Source: Candidatus Bathyarchaeota archaeon (GTDB taxonomy: Archaea > Thermoproteota > Bathyarchaeia > Bathyarchaeales > Bathycorpusculaceae). Taken from it: DNA of 64,000 bases. Location of the stretch: the NCBI GenBank assembly GCA_963827165.1, contig CAWGZR010000005.1, forward strand, positions 480,001 through 544,000, written 5' to 3'. Positions within the stretch are counted from its first letter, which is position 1, and each line of letters opens with the position of its first letter. Positions 40,214 to 49,527 of the stretch are shown in pieces. The notes below the pieces were generated by a model that ran no database searches, was not told the DNA's origin, and worked only from the letters and a program-made list of their open reading frames with translations. The position numbers were made by a program, and so were the translations under genes.

Positions 40214-40969
40214 ATGTTCAAGCTTAAAGTCTCCGATGCTAAACTTTTAAGAGACATGGCTACAGCCATCTCAATCCTAGTTGACGAAGCAACCTTCAAA
40301 ATCGACCCCGAAGGCATGAAACTTCGAGCCATGGACCCATCTCGCGTGGCCATGATTGATTTTGAATGGCCGAAATCCATCTTTCAAGAATATATCTCCA
40401 CAGAACCTGCCAAAGTATGCTTAAACATAAGTGAACTGCTTAAACTCCTCAAACGCGCAGGAAAAGACGAGGCAGTAGAATTGTCTCTTGACGACAAAAC
40501 CGGCAGGTTACTCGTAACAATAACTGGCAAATATGATAGAAACTTCACGATGCCCACCTTGGAAGCCTCAGAGGAAGAAGTTCCCACTCCAAAAATAACC
40601 TTCAACGTTAAAGCCAAAACCACAACTCAAGGCTTAAGCCAAGCGATAGAAGACGCGCAATTGGTAAGCGACCATGTGCGCATCGAAGCAGAACCCGAAA
40701 AACTCACACTAAGCGCTTCGGGCGACTTGATGGGTGCGACCATAACTCTGCAGAAAGGCACCGATTCCTTACTTGATTTGGAAGTCAAAGAAAATGCGAA
40801 AGCAACTTTCAGCCTAAGTTACCTATCAGAAATCATTAAAGCAGCTTCCGCGACATCCGAGATAGCTACCCTTGAATTCTCAACCGATATGCCTGTGAAA
40901 ATAGATTTTCAGCAGACAAAAGAAGGAAAATTGACTTTCTTCCTGGCGCCAAGAATAGAAACCGAATAA
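40214..40969 (+). CDS. pcn: PCNA sliding clamp
   Basis: RAMDPSRVAMI, FSLSYL, FFLAPRIE. Confidence 0.97.
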   Translation: MFKLKVSDAKLLRDMATAISILVDEATFKIDPEGMKLRAMDPSRVAMIDFEWPKSIFQEYISTEPAKVCLNISELLKLLKRAGKDEAVELSLDDKTGRLLVTITGKYDRNFTMPTLEASEEEVPTPKITFNVKAKTTTQGLSQAIEDAQLVSDHVRIEAEPEKLTLSASGDLMGATITLQKGTDSLLDLEVKENAKATFSLSYLSEIIKAASATSEIATLEFSTDMPVKIDFQQTKEGKLTFFLAPRIETE

Positions 40970-40970
40970 C

Positions 40971-42009
40971 GTGACTGAGTTGCAAGTTGAATCGGCGGGA
41001 TTCACCAAGAATGATTTGGCAAAATATCCTTTTTTAAAAGAAACTGCCGAGTACATTAAGCCCCTAAACCTGCAAATAGACGATCTTAGCAAGCATGGGG
41101 ACAGAGTTAGTTAAGCGGGCGGAAGAAAGAGTCAACGAAGCATTAATTGACAGGCGAATAACACGAAACGCGAAAAGACTGGACGTCGAAATCCCCTCGT
41201 TCCCGCTTGCGCTGCTAATTGTCATCGCAACCGAAAACTCATTCATAAAGAAAAGATACGCTTTAGCTGAGTCTAAGCAAGCATCCAGCGACTTAGGTTT
41301 AGAGCCTAAGGAAAAAATCCTCAAGGTTGCTCGAGATTTTGGTTGGAAAATAAACCTCGCTAAGGAAAAAGCTGATTCACCTTTGGAGTTTTCCATCAGC
41401 TTCACTGATTACCTGAGAAATTCAGCGCACCTGCATGATAAAAAGTGGAAGTTAACCAACAGCATATTGTCTCATGGCAACGTTTATCTAAACAAGAAAG
41501 ACGCCGTAAGGCTACTGGAGGAAGAAATCCGAAGACGAGTTGAAAAAAGGCTGGAGGTCAAACTGCAAAAGTGCCCGCTTGAATTAGGGTTGATTGCTGA
41601 ACGAGTGAAAAAACTCGCTTCGGAAGTCATTGGAGCGATGGAAACCGAAGAGATGCCCAAAATCGTTGTTCAATCAGCTTATCCCCCCTGCATAATGGCT
41701 TTGCTTGAAACCGCAAAGTCAAATCATCATCTGTCGCATATTGAGAGGTTTACTTTGGTTTCTTTTCTGGTAAACATTGGACTGTCGTCAGAGAACGTGA
41801 ATGAATTATTCAAAACCTTCTCAGATTACAATGAAAGATTAACCAGGTACCAGGTTGAGCATATTGCGGGTGAAAGAGGCTCCGCGACAAGGTACACTCC
41901 CCCTCAATGCTCGCTGTTGCAAACGCATAATGTGTGCAAGAACAGGGACGACTTGTGCCGCCGCATCTATCATCCACTTGCATATTACAAACGGAAGCAA
42001 AAGGCTTGA
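40971..42009 (+). CDS. priL: DNA primase large subunit, frameshift near 41090
   Basis: GTG 40971 gives FTKNDLAKYPFL in another frame; main ORF has YPPCI, HIERFTL, YQVEHIAG, YTPPQC, HPLAYY. Confidence 0.92.
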
Positions 42010-42070
42010 TTCACAAATATTTGCTTAAGATTTATATGTGCACCTCGCCTAGAGTGAGACTTAGATTCGT

Positions 42071-42814
42071 ATGAATTATCAATTAATTGGAAATGCAGTT
42101 CCCGACGCAGAGATCGGAGTTCTTTTACCAACGTATCGGGAAGCTGAAAATATCTCCAGATTAATTGATGACATCGAGAGCCTAAAGCTTAACAGTTTAA
42201 TCCTCGTCATCGACGATTCGAGCCCTGATGAAACAGCTAAAATCGTGCAAGGAAAGCAGAGCAAATATGGAAACATCCAGCTATGTGTGCGCCCTAAAAA
42301 AAGCGGGTTAGGGACAGCGATAACGGACGGCTTCAAGTTTTTCTTAAACCAAAAGTCGCCTCCAAAATACATTGTCACAATGGACGCTGACTACTCTCAT
42401 AACCCCAAAGATATCCCCCAGCTTGTTTCAATTATGACAGAAACTGATTGCGGAATAGCAATCGGTAGCAGATACATCAAGGGCGGACGAATAGAAAATT
42501 GGCCTTTTACCAGAAAAATAATCAGCCGCACCGCCAACTTCATAGCTAAATTTTCCCTCGGGTTGAAACCTCGCGACTGCACCAGCGGCTTCCGATGTTA
42601 CTCTACAAAGTTTCTGAATGCAACCATCGGCAATTTGCATAGCCACACTTACGAAATCCAAATAGAAACCATAAGGCAAGCCCATTTGAGAAACTTCAAC
42701 GTCTGCGAAACCCCCATTTTATTCGTTAACAGAAAAAACGGAAAATCCAAGTTAAGTTGGACTGAAATCCATAGCTACATTACTTACACTTTAAAGGCAA
42801 TTCTGCATTCCTAA
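42071..42814 (+). CDS. GT2 polyprenol-phosphate glycosyltransferase (DPM1-like)
   Basis: LPTYREAENI, IDDSSPDET, GLGTA, MDADYSH, GSRY, DCTSGFR. Confidence 0.92.
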   Translation: MNYQLIGNAVPDAEIGVLLPTYREAENISRLIDDIESLKLNSLILVIDDSSPDETAKIVQGKQSKYGNIQLCVRPKKSGLGTAITDGFKFFLNQKSPPKYIVTMDADYSHNPKDIPQLVSIMTETDCGIAIGSRYIKGGRIENWPFTRKIISRTANFIAKFSLGLKPRDCTSGFRCYSTKFLNATIGNLHSHTYEIQIETIRQAHLRNFNVCETPILFVNRKNGKSKLSWTEIHSYITYTLKAILHS

Positions 42815-42889
42815 GTCTATAAGAGTCTTTTTGTGCGTTAAGCTATATTACTATATGTTGGTAGCTCTTAGCTATAGGCGACATGATTG

Positions 42890-44567
42890 GTGAAGCACTC
42901 AGCCACAAAGATTCTTCTTTTTGCGGCTATCCTTTTCATAGCTCTAAGCATTATTCTTTCAACGGTCAGCTTATACACAGTTCCTGTTGAAGGTGGGGTT
43001 CAAACCCGCGCTCTAATCAATGATACTTTCCAGTTATCTCCCAACGAAACCTTCAGACAAGGGGCTAGGATCTTTCTACGGCGGCGAAAACATAACCATT
43101 GAAGTGCAGTCGTCCCCCTCATTCCAGAAAAACTTCTCGTTAATGCTTCCCCTCTCAAACGACATTCTTTTTATCAAAACTGGGATATCCTATAATTCCA
43201 CCCAACCGGATTTCACCTACTCTTTTCTTGCAAGCCCAGATTATTATGACGCCGTTTTCACTTCCGCATCAGCACCCGGGACGATCCATCTACAAGTATT
43301 CGAGCAAAAGCCAAAAGTTGCTTACCCGTATTCGTGGCTAAATGAACCCTCAGAAATACTGTTCATAGCAAGTTTGGTTGCGGCAATCCTGCTGGCTTTG
43401 AAAATGGTCTTGTCCAAGCCTTCGTTCGTTGAGACAAAAACAACAGTTATCCCCTCTCTAAACAAGAAAGCCCGGCGAATACTTCTAGCACTTATTTTGT
43501 TCGGCTTGGTAGTATGGCTTATAATTCTCGCGGTCAATTCAAATCCCCTTGCAACATTTGAAAACTGGTACACTGACAACGCCCGGGACTCCTACGTTGC
43601 TGGTTTATTTCTTAAAGATGGTTTCTCAGTTTTCAGTCAACCCTTAGCTAAACTTGCAAGCCTCGACATCTCAAACTACAAATACGTAACTTGGCCACAA
43701 ATGCCACACCTGTACCCACTGGGCAGCGTCTTACTCTTCCTGCCTTTCGGCGTACTAATCCAAAGAGGCGTAGACCCAACGATTCTGTTTAAAATTGAAA
43801 TAGCTGTGTTCTTGGTGTTTGCGTCAGCCAGTGCTTACTTTTTCCTTCGGGTTTTCTTGAAGAAAGACATGACTTTGATCCTTAAGCTTCTCGGCGTTTA
43901 CATAGTGTACGTTACCCTGGTGGCTTACGCGGCTGACGGCATGTTTGAGTCAGTGGCTTTTCTATTTGCCCTTTTCGCGATATACATGTTCATAACCGAA
44001 CGTTACGACTACTTTTTGTTGCTTGTCACAGTTTCAACGTTTTTCAAATACGAAGCCGCCATATTTCTATTCCCCCTAATCCTCGTCGGCATAGTAAAAC
44101 TCATCCAGAAAAATAAATTGCAAAGTCTGCTGAGAAACAAAGCTGTTGTCGCCGCCATGGCGCTCGGGTCCATAAGCATCTTCACCGCTTACCTGAGTGC
44201 CCCCTACCTAATGTCAGGAGGACCTCAATTGATTATGAATGGCATAAACGCTTTCTCATCCAACACACATATCGTTTGGGTTGACCAATCTTTCTTTGTC
44301 CTTCTAACTCTTGGAGTGACCGTTAGTTACGCGCTCTATATGCTTAACAAAAATGTTCTTCTTTCCCTTTCTGCTCTTTTCCTTCTTCTGCCAAGTTTCA
44401 TGATGCCTTACTTCCAAAACTGGTATTTGCCCTTCATTTTTATGTACGCACTTATTCCGCAGCAGAAAAAAGAGCTCAACGTAACAGTGTTCTGGCTGGG
44501 CTTCATGATTGTTCTGCTGGCTTTTTCAGGAACCAATTTCCAGTTGCTTATCCAATATTTCCACTAA
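42890..44567 (+). CDS. Multi-TM membrane protein, possible GT-C-type glycosyltransferase; frameshift in the G run at 43061-43064
   Basis: N-terminal TM plus soluble domain, then WYTDNARD, HLYPLGSVLLFLP and many TM helices; follows the GT2 gene. Confidence 0.65.
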
Positions 44568-44641
44568 ATCAATCCTCGGCAACGGTACACAAATAAATTC
44601 ATGCGCATAATCAATATACCTGTAGAAATTGAGGCGGGGAC

Positions 44642-45871
44642 TTGGAGGCTTCTAGGGATTTCGTTTACCAAAAATTCTGCGAGTACTACCGGAACCCCTC
44701 GAACGTGATTCCTGCCCCGATTTTTGCTGAGCAGAGAGAATTCGGCTATCTGATGTTTAAAGAACGGTTTATGGTTAGGCATAAACGATTCAGCAGCATC
44801 GATAGCTTAAGGTCTGCTCTTAACCAGACTGTTCCATCAGACGTTTACCATTCATGCGCTTACTATGAAAACCCAGATTTCGACATGGACAAAAAAGGCT
44901 GGTTAGGCGCCGACTTGGTATTTGACATAGATGCGGACCACATTCCGAGCGGCTGCAACAAGATCCATGATGAATTCGTCTGCGCCAAATGCGGCTTCAG
45001 CGGAAGAGGTATAACCCCCGAAGTCTGCCCAGCATGCGAAGGAACAAAATTCGCAACTAAAACATGGCCTTGCGAACTCTGCATTCAAGCTGCCAGAGAA
45101 GAGACAGCCAAACTGATTGATATGTTAAACAACGACTTCGGTTTTTCATTAGACGAATTGCACGTGTTTTTTTCTGGGCACAGAGGATACCACGTTCATG
45201 TAGAAGATAAAGCCGTGCGTTCGCTGGATGCTATGGCGCGAAAAGAAATAGTCGATTACGTTATTGGATTGGGCTTAACCGTTTTGGATAGAGATTCCCC
45301 CGAGAAACGGGGAAGAAGGAAGCAGAGCTCCAAAAAATTTAATTTGCATAACTTCGGCTGGAACAAGCGCCTTAAAACTGGCATGGAAAATTTTCTGGCG
45401 AGCGCAACCAAAGATGACTTGAAAAATGCGGGTTTAAGGAATGCGGCGCTTTTAAAAAATAAGGACGCGATTATTAAGCGAGCTATTAATGATGGACGAT
45501 GGGAAAGCATTAACGACGTCAAATTTCAGACCTGGCTTAAACTTGCCCAATACGTGAAAGATTTGCAATCAGCAAAGATTGACACAGTTGTAACTACAGA
45601 TGTTCACCGCTTGATCAGGATGAATGGCACCCTGCATGGCAAGACAGGACTAAGAAAGGTGGAGTTTCCGGCGAAAAACCTGCAGGATTTTGATCCGTTC
45701 AGTGGAGCAGTAGCTTTTAAAAAGGGTGAAGTGAAAGTGTTGGTCTCTGACGGTCCGGAGTTCAAGATGGGCGGGGAAACGTTTGGTCCATACAGGGACG
45801 AAACTAAAGAGTTGCCTATTGCAGCGGCAGTTATGCTCATCTGCAAAGGACGGGCCACGGTGACAAATTAA
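44642..45871 (+). CDS. priS: DNA primase small subunit
   Basis: QREFG, LVFDIDAD, FSGHRGYH, DTVVTTDVHRLIR, LHGKTG; Cys-rich insertion. Confidence 0.96.
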   Translation: MEASRDFVYQKFCEYYRNPSNVIPAPIFAEQREFGYLMFKERFMVRHKRFSSIDSLRSALNQTVPSDVYHSCAYYENPDFDMDKKGWLGADLVFDIDADHIPSGCNKIHDEFVCAKCGFSGRGITPEVCPACEGTKFATKTWPCELCIQAAREETAKLIDMLNNDFGFSLDELHVFFSGHRGYHVHVEDKAVRSLDAMARKEIVDYVIGLGLTVLDRDSPEKRGRRKQSSKKFNLHNFGWNKRLKTGMENFLASATKDDLKNAGLRNAALLKNKDAIIKRAINDGRWESINDVKFQTWLKLAQYVKDLQSAKIDTVVTTDVHRLIRMNGTLHGKTGLRKVEFPAKNLQDFDPFSGAVAFKKGEVKVLVSDGPEFKMGGETFGPYRDETKELPIAAAVMLICKGRATVTN

Positions 45872-46476
45872 TGTATAACGAACTTTACAATGCATGGCGA
45901 AGAGAAGTAAGCGAGGTGCCGCTTGCGAGTTTGTCGCGCGACTTCTACGCCAAGATCGCTGATTACTTAAAACGCATTCGCGAACAGGACGGGCTGTCCG
46001 ATAAAAAATCAGTAAAAGTAAGCCTGCTCGCCCGTGAAGGCCAGAACGTGACGCTTATGCTTGAACAACTGCTCAGAGCAAGATACAAAAAGCTGCTCAA
46101 AACAATTAGCCAAAACCAAACGGTGCCTAGTGAAATGTTAACGGCTGAAGAAGCCAAGATGTGCGAGAGCTTCGTGGCCTTCGCAAGCGCATACCAAAAG
46201 TTTACGCAGGACCTCTTACAAGGAGAAATCAGCCGAAGAATCATCCAAACCGCCCAAACTACCACTCAAGCAACAGCCCAAACCGAACCTAAAGCGGAAG
46301 TTGAAACTATTCATAGTCGGGTGAGTTTGAGGTTTGTTAGGGGAATTCCAGCTATTATGGGTGCAGACATGAAATCATATGGCCCGTTTCTAGTAGAGGA
46401 TGTTGCTTCGCTGCCTGCTGACAACGCTAAGATTTTAGTTAAGCAGGGTTTAGCGGTGCAGGTTGAAGTTTCTTAA
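45871..46476 (+). CDS. gins15: GINS subunit Gins15/Gins51
   Basis: Helical A domain, C-terminal B domain IPAIMGADMKSYGPF...LPADNAKILVKQG; follows priS. Confidence 0.88.
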   Translation: MYNELYNAWRREVSEVPLASLSRDFYAKIADYLKRIREQDGLSDKKSVKVSLLAREGQNVTLMLEQLLRARYKKLLKTISQNQTVPSEMLTAEEAKMCESFVAFASAYQKFTQDLLQGEISRRIIQTAQTTTQATAQTEPKAEVETIHSRVSLRFVRGIPAIMGADMKSYGPFLVEDVASLPADNAKILVKQGLAVQVEVS

Positions 46477-47546
46477 GGGTTGCATCCGCTTTCCCAATTT
46501 TTATTTTGCGCCACAAGCCTTGGCTTGCGAAAATGATAAGCGGGTAAGACACAATCCATATTATCGAGTAAAGCGGTCCGTAATAGAAGTGGAACATCTG
46601 CACCTGGTTTGATTCTACACCGTACTGCATGCCGATGTTGAAAATGGTAACAATTCTTAGTACATTTATGAAGTATGTGACGACTACGCCAACCGCAAAG
46701 TACCCCACTTTAGCCTTCCATGAGATATGTATCTGCTGAAGAAACACTATAAACTACCGCTGTGAAAATCAGGAAGCTTTCGATGCCAGCGCAGGGCCAA
46801 GCGATCGAGAATTTAGCGGTTCCCAGTGGCCCTGTGGCTTGAAGGGTTGGCATCCCACTCACTGTGGTCATGGAAGTGACGCATCCCATCCAATTCAGGG
46901 TTTTAGCGGCAAGTGTAGCCGTTGTCGGAACCAATATTTGGAAGGGTGTAAACTCGCCGTAGGGAAAAACGTTGTCGATAGTGTAAATTACTCCTACTAA
47001 TGCGGCGAATATTCCCGGCAAAGCAAGATCTGACAAGCCTTTTCTCCCGAAATAGAACAGTGCGATTGCGCAAAAGAGAGCTGAAAAAACCAAGTACTCA
47101 ATCGACAACGGCATAGTATCATAGAATGCGACTCCGCTATGCAAAGACCAGTTTGCTATGGCGCCGTTTAACCCAACATAGTACTCGGAAACTACGTAGA
47201 CAGTGGGAAGCAGTAACGCCAAGGCCAAAGCTGCGAGCTTTCCTGCACTTTGTCTGTTTATTTTTGGTTTGAAGGTATCCCAGTTGAGGATGAACTCTAG
47301 CGCCACGAGCCAGACGAAGAAAAGTTGGAACGTTCTGCCTTTCCACATTAACTGAAAAGACGCTTGAGGAGTGACTTGAAGGTACGGATCAGCGGGGTTA
47401 AGGATGAAAAGCAAAGCCATCGGGACAGCGAAAGCAATCAATGGTAAAAGCTTTACAATGGCGTCTGAGTTAGTTTCTTTTGGAAAACTCTGCATGGCTG
47501 CATCCTGCATGTACATAACGTTAAAAACATTCAGTTTAAAAAACAA
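46439..47546 (-). CDS. Exosortase/archaeosortase family protein (thaumarchaeosortase-like); frameshift near 46752
   Basis: WKGRTF, catalytic IAWPCAGIES, NVLRI, FHFYYG; multi-TM. Confidence 0.85.
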
Positions 47547-47699
47547 TGTGCCTTCCTCCCAAAGTTCAGACTATCAAACAAACAATGCAGAAACCAATCG
47601 GAGTCGTCGCTGTCGTTTGATTCATCCGGCGACTCATATTTTTGGCCGAAAGGCGAAAAAGTATAAGAATGCGTATGTTCCTTCTATGCAAAGCTGGTA

Positions 47700-47984
47700 G
47701 TGAAGAACGTGAACGTTCCTAAAGAAGTCAAGACTTACTGTCCCAAATGCAAAATTCATCAAATTCACAGTGTAACACTTTACAAAGCTGGAAAGCGTAG
47801 AGCTCTGGCTCACGGTGAACGAGCACACGCAAGAGAAAAAGAAGGTTATGGCGGGCAAAAATATGCGCTTCAAAGAGAATTCGCCAAAACAACCAAGAAA
47901 CAAACCCTGCGCCTCAAGTGCAAAGTTTGCAATTACATGAGGCATAAAGACGGTATTCGTCTGAGAAAATTAAATATACAGTAA
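47700..47984 (+). CDS. rpl44e: 50S ribosomal protein L44e (eL42)
   Basis: TYCPKC, GYGGQK, KTTKK, LKCKVC. Confidence 0.96.
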   Translation: MKNVNVPKEVKTYCPKCKIHQIHSVTLYKAGKRRALAHGERAHAREKEGYGGQKYALQREFAKTTKKQTLRLKCKVCNYMRHKDGIRLRKLNIQ

Positions 47985-48005
47985 TTTGTGGAGAGAAAAA
48001 AAGTC

Positions 48006-48203
48006 ATGTCTGAATGGAGTAAACTTATCCCAAAACCGCGAAGCGTCTTCCTCAGAGTTAAATGCTCAAAATGCGGAAATGAACAGTTGGTTTTCAGCAA
48101 CGCTGTTAACAAAATCACCTGCAACGTGTGTGGAGAAACGCTTGCTGAGCCCACTGGCGGACGAGCAAAGATTAATGGTGACGTGCAAGCCGTTCTCGAG
48201 TAA
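48006..48203 (+). CDS. rps27e: 30S ribosomal protein S27e
   Basis: FLRVKCSKCGNEQLVF, CNVCG, PTGGRA. Confidence 0.96.
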   Translation: MSEWSKLIPKPRSVFLRVKCSKCGNEQLVFSNAVNKITCNVCGETLAEPTGGRAKINGDVQAVLE

Positions 48204-48218
48204 GGGATGACGAAATTA

Positions 48219-48377
48219 ATGGCTGAGCGTAAGCCCGAGTGGCCTAAAGCCGGCGACCCGCTTATCGGAATGGTAAAGACAGTCACGGATTATGGCGCCT
48301 GCGCTCAAGTCTACGAATACACTCAACGCGGGATACTTCGTGCCTCAGGGCAAGGCACTTTTAGAAGGGAAAAATAA
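48219..48377 (+). pseudogene. eif2a: Translation initiation factor aIF2-alpha remnant (52 codons)
   Basis: MAERKPEWPKAGDPLIGMVKTVTDYGACAQVYEYTQRGILRAS-GQGTFRREK*; start of the S1 domain, at the canonical position between rps27e and nop10. Confidence 0.85.
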
Positions 48378-48545
48378 TTGGTCTGGCAACTTCGCAAATG
48401 CGTAAACTGCAGCAAATACACTTTGAAAAAAACCAGTTGCCCCTATTGTGGTGGACCTGTTAGGATTCCGCATCCAGCCAAGTTTTCCCCCGATGATAAA
48501 TACCTGAAGTATCGTATGGCAATGAAAAGGAGCAAAGATGCATGA
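48378..48545 (+). CDS. nop10: H/ACA RNP protein Nop10
   Basis: Manual translation MVWQLRKCVNCSKYTLKKTSCPYCGGPVRIPHPAKFSPDDKYLKYR. Confidence 0.95.
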   Translation: MVWQLRKCVNCSKYTLKKTSCPYCGGPVRIPHPAKFSPDDKYLKYRMAMKRSKDA

Positions 48546-49312
48546 AAGAAACTTACCTTAAGCAGTTTGCTGAGATTCACCCGAACAATCCGATTCTTAT
48601 TGAAGGCCTCCCCGGACTTGGGCTAGTGGGCAAAATCGCATTGCGTTACATGATTAAACAGCTAAGACCCCAAAAAGTAGCTTACCTCTACTCACCCCAT
48701 TTCCCATATTTCGTCTTAGTCAACAAGAAAGGAAATGTTCGCCTCCTAAGGGGCGTATTTTATTACTACAAAAACCCCAACGGAAACGACTTAATCCTTT
48801 TCACGGGCGACAGCCAATCCCAAACAATCGAAGGACAGTACGAAATCGCCGATCAAATCCTCAACTTCTCAGAAAAACACAACGTAAAAACAATCGCGAC
48901 AATCGGTGGCTACCGAATGGAACCCACAGAAAAACCCAAAGTCTTCATCGCGGCAACATCGCAAGAAATCCTTGATAAAGCCATCAACGCAGGTGCAACA
49001 CTTAGCACCTCAGGAAGCCCCATCGTTGGAACAGCAGGATTGATACTTGGCCTAGCAAAATTCAAAAAAATAGATGCCCTTTGCTTATTGGGCGAGACAC
49101 GTGGCTACCTTCCCGACCCGCTTTCGGCAAAAAGTGTACTTGAAGTTTTAAAATCTACGTTTAACTTCGACTTAGACCTTAAAGGATTAGACGAGGAAAT
49201 TGCTCGGGCAGAAACAATGGTTAACCGGCTCCAGCAGATAGAAGAGAAACGTGCCCTTGAAGCTGAACAAACAAGAAAAGAAGACGACAAAAAAACAACC
49301 TACATTTCCTAA
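48542..49312 (+). CDS. PAC2-family proteasome assembly chaperone
   Basis: IEGLPGLGLVGKI, GDSQ, TIGGY, LLGETRGYLPDP. Confidence 0.92.
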   Translation: MKETYLKQFAEIHPNNPILIEGLPGLGLVGKIALRYMIKQLRPQKVAYLYSPHFPYFVLVNKKGNVRLLRGVFYYYKNPNGNDLILFTGDSQSQTIEGQYEIADQILNFSEKHNVKTIATIGGYRMEPTEKPKVFIAATSQEILDKAINAGATLSTSGSPIVGTAGLILGLAKFKKIDALCLLGETRGYLPDPLSAKSVLEVLKSTFNFDLDLKGLDEEIARAETMVNRLQQIEEKRALEAEQTRKEDDKKTTYIS

Positions 49313-49378
49313 ATCAAAAATTTCCTAGATATATCCGCGGTTTTTTGGGTTGTCGTCCCTCCGCTGAAAGGTGAAAAC

Positions 49379-49495
49379 ATGGGGGGAACTGAATTTTGGG
49401 CATTGGATAAAGGCAAAGGAATTTGGGCGTTTTTTAGAGCTCTGATCAATTACGCGATCTTTGATTATTTCAGGTTTTGTGCCGGCAACAGCTAA
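49379..49495 (+). CDS. Putative 38-aa small protein
   Basis: TATA-like GATATAT at about 49328; AGGTGA SD 4 nt before ATG. Confidence 0.3.
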   Translation: MGGTEFWALDKGKGIWAFFRALINYAIFDYFRFCAGNS

Positions 49496-49527
49496 GACTG
49501 GCCGTCATTGCATCTTACGGCGTGCGC

